From Pseudomonadota bacterium (GTDB lineage: Bacteria; Myxococcota_A; UBA796; SXON01), in assembly GCA_043750895.1 (NCBI GenBank), contig JAYVAS010000633.1, positions 1 through 37,392 of the forward strand: a stretch of 37,392 nucleotides of DNA, given 5' to 3'. A model generated the notes under the pieces. That model worked only from the letters and a program-made list of their open reading frames with translations. It had not been told where the DNA came from and made no database searches. The position numbers and the translations under genes are program-made. Shown here piece after piece: positions 18,316 through 28,400 of the stretch; within the stretch, counting starts at the first letter, position 1; each line of letters starts with the position of its first letter.

Positions 18316-19875
18316 CTACTCCGCGACCGCGATCGCGCCGGCGTCGACCGCCCCGAGATCGGAGGTGCGGCCGTCCGGCCAGGTGACCACGATGCTGCTG
18401 GCGCTGACGCTGTCTCGCGTCCCCAGGTAGACCTCGGGGGCGGACGAGGCGTAGCTGGTCGATGGCGTGAGCCAGCGGACGGCGACGTCGCTGTCGGCGG
18501 TCACGTCGACGCGGGCACCGATGGGGGTGGGACCCGCGAACTGCACGGTGACGCCAGGACCCCAGCCGCCATCCACGTGCCAGACCTGCGCGAACGGGAC
18601 CAGCGTGAGGTCCTCGTACCCGGCGGTGACGAGGTCGGGCCGGCCGTCCCGATCGAGGTCGCCGACGGCCACCGACTTGGTGATGGTGGTGAGGTTGAAG
18701 CCGACGGTGTCCGAGACGTTCCGGAACCGGCCGTTGGTGTTGTTCACCAACAGCACGTCGGCCTGGGCCTCGGGGTCGGGGCCCAGGTAGGCCTCGTAGG
18801 CGTCGCCGTCCCCGAAATCCGGAGCGATGAAGAGCTTGCCGTAGGTGAGGGCGAGATCGAGGAGGCCGTCCCCGTCGACGTCGACGGCGGTGGTGCCCCA
18901 GGAGGTGGCGTGGGTGGCGTCGGGCGGGACGTTGACCCGGTGGCCGGCGGTCTGGTCGAGCCAGGTGACGTCGTCCACCGACTCGAGCAGCGCCGGCGAG
19001 CCGATGCCGGACAGGTAGAAGTCGGACACCGCGTCGAAGCCGATGTCGCCGGCGGCGATGCCGCGCGCCGACATCTCCACCTCGAGGCCGGTGCCCTCCA
19101 CGAGGCGGAAGAAGCCGAAGCCGTCGTTGTCGAGCAGGGTGTTGGGCCCGTTCCACAGGCCCCAGTCGGAGGCCAGGTAGAGGTCCAGGTCCCCGTCGGC
19201 GTCGGCGTCCACCACCGCCCCGTGGTGGGCGTAGAGTTTTCGCGCCTCGAACGGGAGTCGATCCGGGTCCTCCACCCAGGTGCCGTCGACGTTCATGTAG
19301 AGCGTGGAGGGGTCTTCGGTGGGGGCGCCGCTGGCGATGAGCCGCAGGTCGACCGGCCACGAGTGGCGGGTGCAGAGCAGATCGAGGTCGCCGTCCCCGT
19401 CCAGGTCGGCGAACAGCGCCGACGTGGTGGAGTGCCCCTCGGCGGAGAGCACGACCGAGGTGAACGCGCCGCTCCCGTCGTTGATCAGCAGGCGATCGTC
19501 GTCCGGCGTGCCCAGGAACAGGTCGTAGTCGCCGTCTCCCTCGAGGTCGGCGACGGCGACGGAGTTGGCGCCGGGGAGCGCGCCACCGTCGGCGGTGAAC
19601 TCGGCGTCGGCCGCCAGGGTACCGGTGCCGTCGTTGCGAAACACCACGCTCTGGGGGGTGCCCGCTGCCAGGACGAGGTCGAGGTAGCCGTCTCCGTCCA
19701 GGTCCCCGAGGGCGACGCCGGGCCCGGGAAAGGGCTGCACCACCGCCCCGCCCAGGGCCGGGGTCTCCGTGCCGCTCAGCCGCTGACGGGCCTCGACGAT
19801 CAGCGCGTCCTCGTCTCGATCGTAGGAGGAGTAGTCCTTGTCCTCCGCGCACCCGAGCAACAGCAGGGTGATCAC
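18316..19875 (-). CDS. FG-GAP repeat / ASPIC-UnbV (CRTAC1-like) lipoprotein
   Basis: GTG 19875 overlaps the upstream stop (GTGA); MITLLLLG-C; about 7 D-x-D-G-D-G-x-x-D repeats; C-terminal IGARV...SYASS...VYLG...VTWPDG. Confidence 0.85.
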   Translation of the reverse strand: MITLLLLGCAEDKDYSSYDRDEDALIVEARQRLSGTETPALGGAVVQPFPGPGVALGDLDGDGYLDLVLAAGTPQSVVFRNDGTGTLAADAEFTADGGALPGANSVAVADLEGDGDYDLFLGTPDDDRLLINDGSGAFTSVVLSAEGHSTTSALFADLDGDGDLDLLCTRHSWPVDLRLIASGAPTEDPSTLYMNVDGTWVEDPDRLPFEARKLYAHHGAVVDADADGDLDLYLASDWGLWNGPNTLLDNDGFGFFRLVEGTGLEVEMSARGIAAGDIGFDAVSDFYLSGIGSPALLESVDDVTWLDQTAGHRVNVPPDATHATSWGTTAVDVDGDGLLDLALTYGKLFIAPDFGDGDAYEAYLGPDPEAQADVLLVNNTNGRFRNVSDTVGFNLTTITKSVAVGDLDRDGRPDLVTAGYEDLTLVPFAQVWHVDGGWGPGVTVQFAGPTPIGARVDVTADSDVAVRWLTPSTSYASSAPEVYLGTRDSVSASSIVVTWPDGRTSDLGAVDAGAIAVAE

Positions 19876-20900
19876 GGGTGGGCGCTCAACCACGCGGCGA
19901 TCTCGGGGAAGATCTCGTCCGGCGCGCGCTCGCCCAGGCCGAGGTCGAGGTGACCGTAGTCGGCGTCCATGCCGGTCGCCGTCCCCGCCTCGATCCACTT
20001 CGCTTCGCCCGCCACGGCGGTGGCGTAGGGGCGCACCCGGGCAGAGGGCACGATCTGGTCGCCGGCGCCGCCGATCGCCAGCGTCGGAACCCGGAGGTCG
20101 GACAGGCCGGCCCGGTAGTCCACGGTGCCGTCCGCGCTCTCGAACCGGCCCCGCGCGAGCATGTTGCCGAGGTGGCGCATCTCGTCGCGGGACATCGGGC
20201 TCACCACCGCGCGCAGCATCCGATCGATGGTGGTGGCAGCGAAGTTCTGGGGGTTGTAGAGCAGCTCCTGGGGCCGCCCCGGGACGCGGCCGCCCAGATC
20301 GGCGGTGATCGCCGAGAAGGCCGGGCTTTCGACCCAGAGCAGGGCGCTGCCGCCGCTGCGGAGCGCGGCGCTGCCCAGACGGGCGAGCGGGTCGTTCGGG
20401 TCGAACTCGGCGGGGCTACCCAGCGCGACGAAGGTGGAGAGGTTCGCCTCCCCGCCCGACTGCGCGTAGATGGTGCCCACCATGCCGCCCATGGAGTGGC
20501 CGACGTAGTCGATCTTCGGGGCCCCGGTCACTGCCTTGATCCAGTTGACCGCAGTGGCGACGTCGTGCTTGCCGTAGTCGTCCAGCGTCCAGCCGTAGAA
20601 CTGGCGGTCGCCGGCGAGGTCGTCCAGCGCGGCGCCGTGCCCGCGGAGGTCGAGCAGCCACACGTCGTGATCGCGGGCGGCGAGCCACACCGCCAGGGAG
20701 TGCTCGGCGTCGAGATCGAAGAAGCGGTAGTTGGAGGAGACGCCGTGCACCAGGAGGACCGGACGGCCTCGACCGGGATGGTGATGGAGAGCGATGGTCG
20801 CTCCGTCTTCGGTGTGCATCTTGAGCGTCGTCGTGAGCGCGCACTGTCCCGCCGGCACCGGCAACGGGTCAAAGCACGCCACGAGCAGCGACAACAACAT
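19872..20900 (-). CDS. Alpha/beta hydrolase (lipase/esterase-like), probable lipoprotein
   Basis: LLVHG oxyanion motif, DLRGHG, GHSMGG nucleophile, GDQIV Asp, YGHLD His; MLLSLLVA-C. Alternative ATG at 20912. Confidence 0.85.
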   Translation of the reverse strand: MLLSLLVACFDPLPVPAGQCALTTTLKMHTEDGATIALHHHPGRGRPVLLVHGVSSNYRFFDLDAEHSLAVWLAARDHDVWLLDLRGHGAALDDLAGDRQFYGWTLDDYGKHDVATAVNWIKAVTGAPKIDYVGHSMGGMVGTIYAQSGGEANLSTFVALGSPAEFDPNDPLARLGSAALRSGGSALLWVESPAFSAITADLGGRVPGRPQELLYNPQNFAATTIDRMLRAVVSPMSRDEMRHLGNMLARGRFESADGTVDYRAGLSDLRVPTLAIGGAGDQIVPSARVRPYATAVAGEAKWIEAGTATGMDADYGHLDLGLGERAPDEIFPEIAAWLSAHP

Positions 20901-20939
20901 CTCGCTGAACATAGTCCCCCGTCGTCTCCCGAGAAGTAA

Positions 20940-22238
20940 ATGCTGCTCTCCGCCGTCGCCGTCGCTGCCGCTCTCTCCCTCGAAGACGCCTGGACCGCGG
21001 CCGAGTCCGGCAGTCGCGAGCTCGCGCTGCTCAGGGAGCAGACGGTCGCCGCCGAGACCATGCGCGGTCAGGCGTGGTCGTTGGTGCAGCCCAAGATCGT
21101 CGCTGGCGCGAACTACACCTACAACCAGCGCCCCATCGAGCTCGCCTTCGACTTCGCCTCCTTCTTGACCCCGGAGTCCGCCGAGCAGTTGGCCGCCTTC
21201 GGCGTCGAGTTCGCCGAACCCGAGCCCATCGTCATCCAGAAGCAGGCCTTCTTCGACTGGAACGTGAGCGTCATCCAGCCGATCTTCAGCGCCGACTCCC
21301 TCCCTCTGCTGAACGGGGCGTCGCAGGTGGTGAAGGCCGCGCGCGCCACCGAGCAGGCCAAACGGGCCGAGCTTCGCGCCGGCATCGCCAAGGCCTACTG
21401 GGGCGTGCTCGCGGCGCGCGAGGGGGAGAAGGTGGCCACCCAGGCGCTCGAGAACGCGCAGGGCCATCTGAAGATGGCGGTGGTGACGACCTCGGTGGGG
21501 ACGGCGGCGCCGACGGTGAAGCTCCAGGCCGAGCTGGGCGTCGCACGGGCGCTGCGCCAACGCGCCCAGGCGCACGAGAACGTCGTGATGGCCGAACAGG
21601 CCTTCGCGCGGCTCACCGGGCTCCCGGCTGACTCCGACCTCGCCGCCCCCGAGCCCCGGACCCTCCCCTACGCCGGGGCCGAAGAGGCGATCACCCGGGC
21701 GCTGGCCCAACGCCCCGACATCGAGGCCGCCGACCTGCAGGCCCTGGCCGCCCGGAACGAGCTGAGGGCGCGCAACCTGGGGTGGCTGCCCACGGTGGAC
21801 GGCCGCTTCACCGAGGCGTGGTCGCAGAACACCGGGTTCTCGGGGGAGCCCTACACGTGGTTGGTGGTGGTCAACGCCAACTGGACGTTGTGGGACGGCG
21901 GGTACCGTGTCGCCAAGTCCAACGAGGCGGCCAGCCAGGCCCGGCAGGCCGAAACCTACGGCGTGCTGCTCCGCGAGAAGACGGAGGAGCAGGTGCGGGG
22001 CCTCTGGGAGCAGCATGGTCGCGCGCAGGCCGCCGTCGCCGCCGTCGCCACCGAGATCGCCCTGGCCGAGGAGAACTTCCGCCTCGCCGAAGCGGCCTTC
22101 GGCGCGGGCGCGCTCTCATACCTCGAGGTCGAGGATGCCCGCCTGGGGCTCGAGGCATCGCGCATCGCGGCCCTCACCGAGCGGATGACGGCCGACACCA
22201 GCGCCATCGATCTGCTCGCGGCGACGGGGGATTTGTAG
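20940..22238 (+). CDS. TolC-family outer-membrane efflux protein
   Basis: LSLEDAW start; two helical repeats; QRPDI, WLPTV, WTLWDGG, F.AG..SYLEV.DA motifs. Confidence 0.9.
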   Translation: MLLSAVAVAAALSLEDAWTAAESGSRELALLREQTVAAETMRGQAWSLVQPKIVAGANYTYNQRPIELAFDFASFLTPESAEQLAAFGVEFAEPEPIVIQKQAFFDWNVSVIQPIFSADSLPLLNGASQVVKAARATEQAKRAELRAGIAKAYWGVLAAREGEKVATQALENAQGHLKMAVVTTSVGTAAPTVKLQAELGVARALRQRAQAHENVVMAEQAFARLTGLPADSDLAAPEPRTLPYAGAEEAITRALAQRPDIEAADLQALAARNELRARNLGWLPTVDGRFTEAWSQNTGFSGEPYTWLVVVNANWTLWDGGYRVAKSNEAASQARQAETYGVLLREKTEEQVRGLWEQHGRAQAAVAAVATEIALAEENFRLAEAAFGAGALSYLEVEDARLGLEASRIAALTERMTADTSAIDLLAATGDL

Positions 22239-22250
22239 GCGTTTTGCCGT

Positions 22251-22296
22251 TCCCTTCTCCCGCGGGAGAACGTGGCGCGAAGCGCCGGATGAGGGC
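22251..22296. repeat. REP-like intergenic palindromic element
   Basis: Perfect 16-bp palindrome TTCTCCCGCGGGAGAA (22255-22270) followed by GGCGCGAAGCGCC-GGATGAGGG, between convergent genes. Confidence 0.6.
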
Positions 22297-22304
22297 TCCG
22301 GTCT

Positions 22305-23294
22305 TCACTGCAGCAGCCCGCGGAGCGCCTGGGGCACGTCGTCCAGCGCCGTCGCCAACAGCGGGGCCATGGGGCGGGAGGACACGGTGTTGATGAACAG
22401 CGTCTTCGGGCCCCGGCTGGCGAGCACTTCGGCCAGCGCCTTTCCGCTGTACGTGCTCTCCAGGGACAGCCCCCACGTCCGGGCGGTGGCGATCGCGGCT
22501 TCGCCAGCCGGCGTCGGCGCGCCGTAGCCGTCCCCGTATTGCCGGCCCACGATGCGCAGGCGCCCGGTGTCCACGCGGGGGAAGCCCAAAGGGCGCAGAC
22601 GCGTCAGCGTGCGGTTCATCAAGAGCCCGAGCGACACCCGGTGCGCCGTGAGGGCGGGGACGACGCGCACCGCCACCACCTCCAGGTCCAGTCCTGCGGC
22701 CTTCAGACCGAGCACCAGTCCGGCCACCGTCCCGCCGCTCCCGAGGGGGACGACCACCCGATCGGGCAGCGGCAGCACACCGCCGGCGATCTGCTCCGCG
22801 ATCTCGAGCCCGGCGCCGATCCAGCCCACGCATCCGAGGGCGTTCGAGCCGCCCATCGGCACCGTGACGGGAGGAAAACCTCCGAAGGACCGGAGCGCCG
22901 TCCGCGCCTTGGCCCACACGAACGGTAGCTCGGCGCGGCTCCCCGCCACCCAGACCTGCTCGCACCAGGCGTGGATGGCCCGGGCGTTCTCGCGCGCGTG
23001 GGGGCTGTCCGGCTGGGGGAACAGCACCCCGTGGACGCGCACGCCCACCTGCTTCCCGTAGACGCCGGTCGCGAGCACGTGATGGGAGCCCACGGCGCCC
23101 ATGGTGAGCACGTCGCCGCCGATCTCCAGGGCGTCGCCGAGCAGGTACTCCAGCTTCCGGACCTTGTTGCCACCGTAGACCGTCCCGGCGAGGTCCTCGC
23201 GCTTGACCCAGAGGTCGTCGGCGACCTGCTGGATCGGCGTCGGCCCCGGGAGGAGCTCGACCCTTGCGAGCGGGAGGTCGCGGAGCGCGTACAC
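22305..23294 (-). CDS. D-cysteine desulfhydrase / ACC deaminase-family PLP enzyme
   Basis: PTPI, LWVKREDL, GGNKVRKLEY (PLP Lys), GSGGT, LESTYSGKA. Confidence 0.88.
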   Translation of the reverse strand: MYALRDLPLARVELLPGPTPIQQVADDLWVKREDLAGTVYGGNKVRKLEYLLGDALEIGGDVLTMGAVGSHHVLATGVYGKQVGVRVHGVLFPQPDSPHARENARAIHAWCEQVWVAGSRAELPFVWAKARTALRSFGGFPPVTVPMGGSNALGCVGWIGAGLEIAEQIAGGVLPLPDRVVVPLGSGGTVAGLVLGLKAAGLDLEVVAVRVVPALTAHRVSLGLLMNRTLTRLRPLGFPRVDTGRLRIVGRQYGDGYGAPTPAGEAAIATARTWGLSLESTYSGKALAEVLASRGPKTLFINTVSSRPMAPLLATALDDVPQALRGLLQ

Positions 23295-23358
23295 GCTCCG
23301 GCTCTATCGCCCCTTCGGGTAGGGCGCGTCGCGCCGACGCCCGCGCTACCCTGTGGGA

Positions 23359-24552
23359 ATGGACTGCCTGCTCGCCGACGTGTTCGCCGCCCGTTCCGGC
23401 GGGGCGGTGTCGGATGTGCGGATGGTGGTGCCGCCTCCCGGGGTCGGCGCGGTGGCTGGAGCCCCGCCCCCCGGCTCCGCGAAGGCCACCTACGGGGAGG
23501 ACTTCGCCTTCCACATCGACACCGCCAACTTCACCGTGCAGTGGAACGATCCCGCGGTGGAGGCAGACCGCGCCGAGGCGCTCTCCGCCCAGCTCGAGGC
23601 GGCCTGGGAGGTGTTGATCGGGGGAGAGGGCTGGCCTGCCCCGGTCAGCAGCGATCGGTACCGGATCTGGGTGGTCCTCGACCCCGAGCTGGGCGCCTCC
23701 GGCTACACCACCACCTACGCCAGCGCGGCGTACCCGGAGGGGTACCCGGTGATCTACCTGGACCCCGGCTACGAGGAGGCCGACCGCCCCGACTACGCGC
23801 TGTCCGTCGCGGTGCACGAGTTCGGGCACGCGGTCCAGTTCGGGATCCGGGCGTGGGAGGTGGACCTCGCCGAGTCCTGGTACTGGGAGGCGTCGGCGGA
23901 GTGGATGGCGGAGCGGGGCGCTCCGGACCTCGACATGTACGCCCTCTCGACCTGGTGGTACGCGGCGGATCCGGCGGTCGCCTTCGACAGCCCCGACCCG
24001 GGCCACGTGTACGGCATGGTGTTGCTGAACGCGTGGTTGGAGGCCGCGGTATCGGGTGACGCCTTCGCACGGGCGTGGTGGGAGCACGATGGCGCGCCGT
24101 GGGAGGAGGTCCTCGCAGGGGTAGCCGAGCGGCCGTTCTCCGAGGTGATCGCGGGGATGAGCGGGGCGTACGCCGCCGAGGGGCTCCGTGAGTCGGCGAT
24201 CTACACGCCGCCGACCTACGCGCCGGTGGAAGCAGCGGGGGTGGAGGACGTCCGGGGTCGCCTGGGCACGTTCTACTACGCGGTCCCCGAGGGCGTCGGT
24301 CCCATCGAAGTGACGGGAGAGGTGGTCGCGACCTACGCGGTGCCGGGGGGCGCCTGGGGGCCCGAGATCCCCGATGGCGCGTACCGTATGGCGGTGACGA
24401 CCCTGAACGGGGACGGGAGCTTCGCCTACGCCCCGGTGACGGCAGAGGCGCCGGCGGCGTGCGGGTGTGCGTCCGGGCGGCCGGTCGGCTGGGGATGGCT
24501 GGCCGGGGCGGTGATCATCCGCGCCCGCCGAGCGCGCGCAGCACCTCGGTGA
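23359..24552 (+). CDS. HEXXH zinc metallopeptidase-like protein with MYXO-CTERM-like tail
   Basis: AVHEFGHAVQ...WYWEASAEW (gluzincin-like third ligand Glu); C-terminal CGCASG, hydrophobic stretch, RARRAR. Start at 23353 or 23359. Confidence 0.75.
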   Translation: MDCLLADVFAARSGGAVSDVRMVVPPPGVGAVAGAPPPGSAKATYGEDFAFHIDTANFTVQWNDPAVEADRAEALSAQLEAAWEVLIGGEGWPAPVSSDRYRIWVVLDPELGASGYTTTYASAAYPEGYPVIYLDPGYEEADRPDYALSVAVHEFGHAVQFGIRAWEVDLAESWYWEASAEWMAERGAPDLDMYALSTWWYAADPAVAFDSPDPGHVYGMVLLNAWLEAAVSGDAFARAWWEHDGAPWEEVLAGVAERPFSEVIAGMSGAYAAEGLRESAIYTPPTYAPVEAAGVEDVRGRLGTFYYAVPEGVGPIEVTGEVVATYAVPGGAWGPEIPDGAYRMAVTTLNGDGSFAYAPVTAEAPAACGCASGRPVGWGWLAGAVIIRARRARAAPR

Positions 24553-25372
24553 CCAGCGCCTGCTCGACGAGGGGGTGCGTCTTGGTGGGCCGTTCGCTCA
24601 CGCGGGCCATCTTCAGCCCCGACTGCGGCGCGATGCCGCTGGGGGACGGGTTGGCGCAGCCCGAACAGCCGGTGCACGCGGCCGGGAGATCGGCCCCGGC
24701 CTCGTCGGCGCGGGCGACGGCGGCGGGCGGGCCCCCGTAGCGCTTGAGGCCCATCGACCGGAGCTTCACCGCTTCGGCGGGGTCGAGCTCCTTCACAAAA
24801 CCCATGTCCCGCGCGGTCTTGGTGATGAGCGCGGTGTGCTCCATGGTCTCGAGGTTGCAGAACGCGGTGAAGAGGTCCTTCCCGAGGCAGACGGCGCCGT
24901 GCCGGTCCATCAGGATCGCGTCGTGCTCGCGGACGTAGGGGCGGATCTTGTCCGCGAGATCGTGCGTGCCGGTGGTCTCGTAGGCCACCGTCGGCACCGT
25001 GCCGAGGGTGAGCACGACCTCCGGGAGCACGCATCGCGCCATGGAGACGTTGGCGATGGTGAATGCGATCGAGATGGGGGGATGGGTGTGGACGACGGCG
25101 CGGATGTCGGGCCGCTCGTCGTAGCACGCGAGGTGCATGTACACCTCGGAGGTCGGCGAGCCGCTCCCGCGCAGCTTGCGGCCCTTCCGGTCGACGACGA
25201 TGAGGTCGTCGTCCACCAGAAAGCCCTTGTGACACCCCGCCCGGGTGCAGAGCACCTCGTTGTCGGAGAGCAGGGTCGAGAGGTTGCCGTCGAGCGACAC
25301 CAGGAGGTGACGTTCGTAGCAGAGATGCCCAATCTTGAGCATCTCGTCGCGGAGGCGTCGTTCGGGGACCAT
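24515..25372 (-). CDS. Class II aldolase/adducin-family protein with C-terminal extension
   Basis: AGGAG RBS; DGNLS, PTSE, HTHP and DRHG metal/catalytic motifs; tail CTGCSGC...LVEQALVTEVLRALG. Confidence 0.9.
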   Translation of the reverse strand: MVPERRLRDEMLKIGHLCYERHLLVSLDGNLSTLLSDNEVLCTRAGCHKGFLVDDDLIVVDRKGRKLRGSGSPTSEVYMHLACYDERPDIRAVVHTHPPISIAFTIANVSMARCVLPEVVLTLGTVPTVAYETTGTHDLADKIRPYVREHDAILMDRHGAVCLGKDLFTAFCNLETMEHTALITKTARDMGFVKELDPAEAVKLRSMGLKRYGGPPAAVARADEAGADLPAACTGCSGCANPSPSGIAPQSGLKMARVSERPTKTHPLVEQALVTEVLRALGGRG

Positions 25373-25425
25373 TCTCTCCTATATCGCGCAGACCGGAGCG
25401 GCTGATCGGCTACCATAGGACACCG

Positions 25426-28400
25426 ATGGCCGACGTCAGTTCAGGTGGGACTCCGGTGGTCGGGCCGACTCTGAACTGGGACGAGCCCGTCGAGGCGGGC
25501 ACGGTGCTCCACGACCGCTACGTCATCTCCCGTCGCCTCGGACGCGGGGAGTTCGGGGTGGTCTACGCCGCGGAGGACCGCCGGTATGAGCGGGAGGTCG
25601 CCGTGAAGGTGCTCAGGCGCTCGGACCCCCAGTCCGCCTACGCGCTGAAGCGGGAGTTCCGCGTCCTCCGCGGCCTGCGCCATCCCCACCTCGTGCAGCT
25701 CTACGACCTGTACGCCGACCGCCCGCCGTTCATCTTCAGCATGGAGCTGGTCTCCGGGGTCGACCTCGTGGTCGACGCCGTCCTCCGTGTGCGCCCCCCG
25801 GGCGAGGTGGTGGCGATCCTGCGTCAGATCGCCGACGGCGTGGGCTGGCTGCACGAGGCCGGCCTGGTCCACGGGGACATCAAGGCCTCCAACGTCCGGG
25901 TGCGTCCCGACGGATGCGTCGTGCTGTGCGACTTCGGCCTCGCCGGAACGGTGCTGGGGAGCGGGACCGCGTTCGCGACCCGGGCCGCTGGAGGTGGCAC
26001 CTCGGCCTACCTCGCGCCCGAGAGCCTCGATGCCCTGGGACCGGGTTCGGTGGCCGCCGACTGGTATGCGGTGGGGGTGCTGTTCTTCGAGATGCTCACG
26101 GGACGGAAGCCGTTTCCAGGCGCCTTTCATGCGATGCGGAGCGCGAAGGCGGCCGGGCAGATCGACGTGCCGCGGGGCGCACATCAGCTTGACCCGGCCC
26201 ATGAGCGGCTCATTCGGCGCCTGCTCGACCCGGACCCGGACCAGCGCGGTGGTTTGGCCGACGTGCGCGCGCTCGTGGGGGCTCCGGACGAGACGGCGCG
26301 CCGGCCGAGGGTTCGTCCGCCGCTCGTCGGGCGCGAAGCGGAGTTGGGCGTGCTCAGAGAGGCGTTGGCGTCGACCCGTACGGGTCAGGCGGCGGTGATC
26401 GAGCTGCGGGGGCCGTCCGGGATCGGGAAGTCGGCGCTCCTCGAGGCCTTCGCCAGCGAGCTTACCAGCGGCGACGGGGTCGCCCTGTCGAGCACCTGCC
26501 ACGTCAACGAACACCTCCCGCTCAACGCCTTCGACGGGGTCGTCGACGACCTCGCGCGGCTGCTCGAGGCCCGTCCCGACCTGTGCTGGCCCGAGCTGGC
26601 GACCCCCTTCGCGCTCGGCGCCGCCGCCCTCTTCCCGGCCCTGGCGCGTTCGACCGGCCCCCGGCGCGCCGACGACGTGCGGCACGGCGCTGAGCGCCGA
26701 CTGCGCGGCATCGAGGCCTTTCGACAGCTCCTCTCCCGGGTGGCCGATCAGACGCCGACCCTGGTGGTCATCGACGATGCGCAGTGGGCCGACGCGGACT
26801 CGCGGGCGCTGCTCCGCCTCTTCCTCGCCCCGCCGGCCGCGCCCGCGGTGCTCCTGGTCCTGGGGGTGCGCTCCGACCTCGTCGAGGGCAGTCTGAAGGC
26901 GACCCTGTTGGCCGATGAGGCGGGCGCGCGCTGGCCCGAGTGGACCACCGTGACGCTCGGGCCGTTGTCCAACGAGGCCACAGCGGAGCTGGTCCGGCTC
27001 GCCGACCCGGAGGGCGAGTGGTCGGAGCGGGCCATTAGCGAGAGCGGTGGGCACCCGTTCCTGGCCATCGAGCTCGCTCGGTTTCGGGGGCGCCTGACGA
27101 CGGGCCCGGTCGACCTCGCCACGGTGCTCCGGTCCCGGATCGCGGGGCTCAGCCGGCTCGAGCGGGGCCTGCTCGAGGTCTGCGCGGTGGCCGGGGATGC
27201 GCTACCGCCGCGAGTGGCGTTGGCGGCGGCGGGCGTGGGGATCGGGGGCTATCCGACCCTCCTGGCGCTCCAGGGCGCCCAGGTGCTCGTTTCGGTCGGT
27301 GACCTGTCGGATCCGCAGGTGGACGTCTATCACCACCTGCTGCGGATGGTCGCGCTGGACGATCTCCCCGAAGCGCGGCGGCGGCAGCTCCATCTCCTCG
27401 TCGCCGACGCGGCGCTGCTCGAGGGCATCGTGGAGCCCGGCTTCCTCACCGGCCACCTCGAGGCCGCCGGGGACGACCGTCGGGCGGCGGTCTACGCGTC
27501 GGCCGCGGCTGGCCGCGCGATGGACGCCCTGGCCTTCGCGACCGCGGCCCACTTCTACGACCTCGCCATCCGCCTGCGCCACTCGGGGATCTCGGAGCCT
27601 GAGCTGCGTCGCGCCCAAGCCGCGGCGCTGGCCCTCGCCGGTCAGGGGGTGGCGGCCGCCGAGGCCTACGCGGCGGCGGCGGCGCTGCAGGGGCCCGGTC
27701 TGGTCCGGGTGGGGCTGGAGCGCGAGGCGGCCGAGCAGTGGCTCCGGGGCGGACGCGCGGACCTCGGCCGGGAGCGTCTGGGCCGGGTGCTCGAGGGGCT
27801 CGGGCTGCGTTGGCCGGCGACGATCCTCCACTGCATCTGGGCGATCCTGAGCAACCGCGCCCGGCTGCGCCTCTTCGGGGTGAAGTGGGTGGAGCGCGTC
27901 GAGGCGGAGGCGGACCCTGAGCTGCTCGCGCGGACCGACGCGACCTGGTCGGCCACCATCGGCATGAACATGCTGGACCTCATGGTCTCGGCGGCGTTCC
28001 AGGCGGCTCACACCCGGTTCGCGCTCCAGTCCGGGGAGCCCGGGCGGGTCGCGCGGGCCCTGTCGGTCGAGGCGGTGTACATGGCCTGTGAGGGGGGGGC
28101 CTCGAATCGGGCCTTCGCCGACGGGCTCTATGCGCAGGCCCACGCGCTGGCCGACCGCACCGGGAACCAGATGGCGGTTGCCTTCGCCAACCTCACCCAC
28201 GGCGCGGCCGAGGTGTTCGTGGGCCGCCCCGACCACGCCTTCGCCTGGCTCGAGGCCGCCGAAGTGGCGCTTCGGCGGCAGCAGGTGGGCGTGGTCTGGG
28301 AGGTGGTCAACTGTCGGATGTACCGCGCCTGGGCGTGGTGGTGGCGGGGGGACTACGCCCGACTGGTCGAGACCATCCCGGCGCTCGCGATCGACGCCCG

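Noticed and set aside
22305-23294. ACC deaminase (acdS)
   Set aside because: The motif reads TYSGKA rather than the VYEGKS Glu characteristic of true ACC deaminases, so no gene symbol was given.
22174-24087. 637-aa minus ORF and other overlapping Arg-rich ORFs (for example 27202-29052, 29177-30592, 31758-33500)
   Set aside because: Off-frame or antisense shadows of motif-supported genes.
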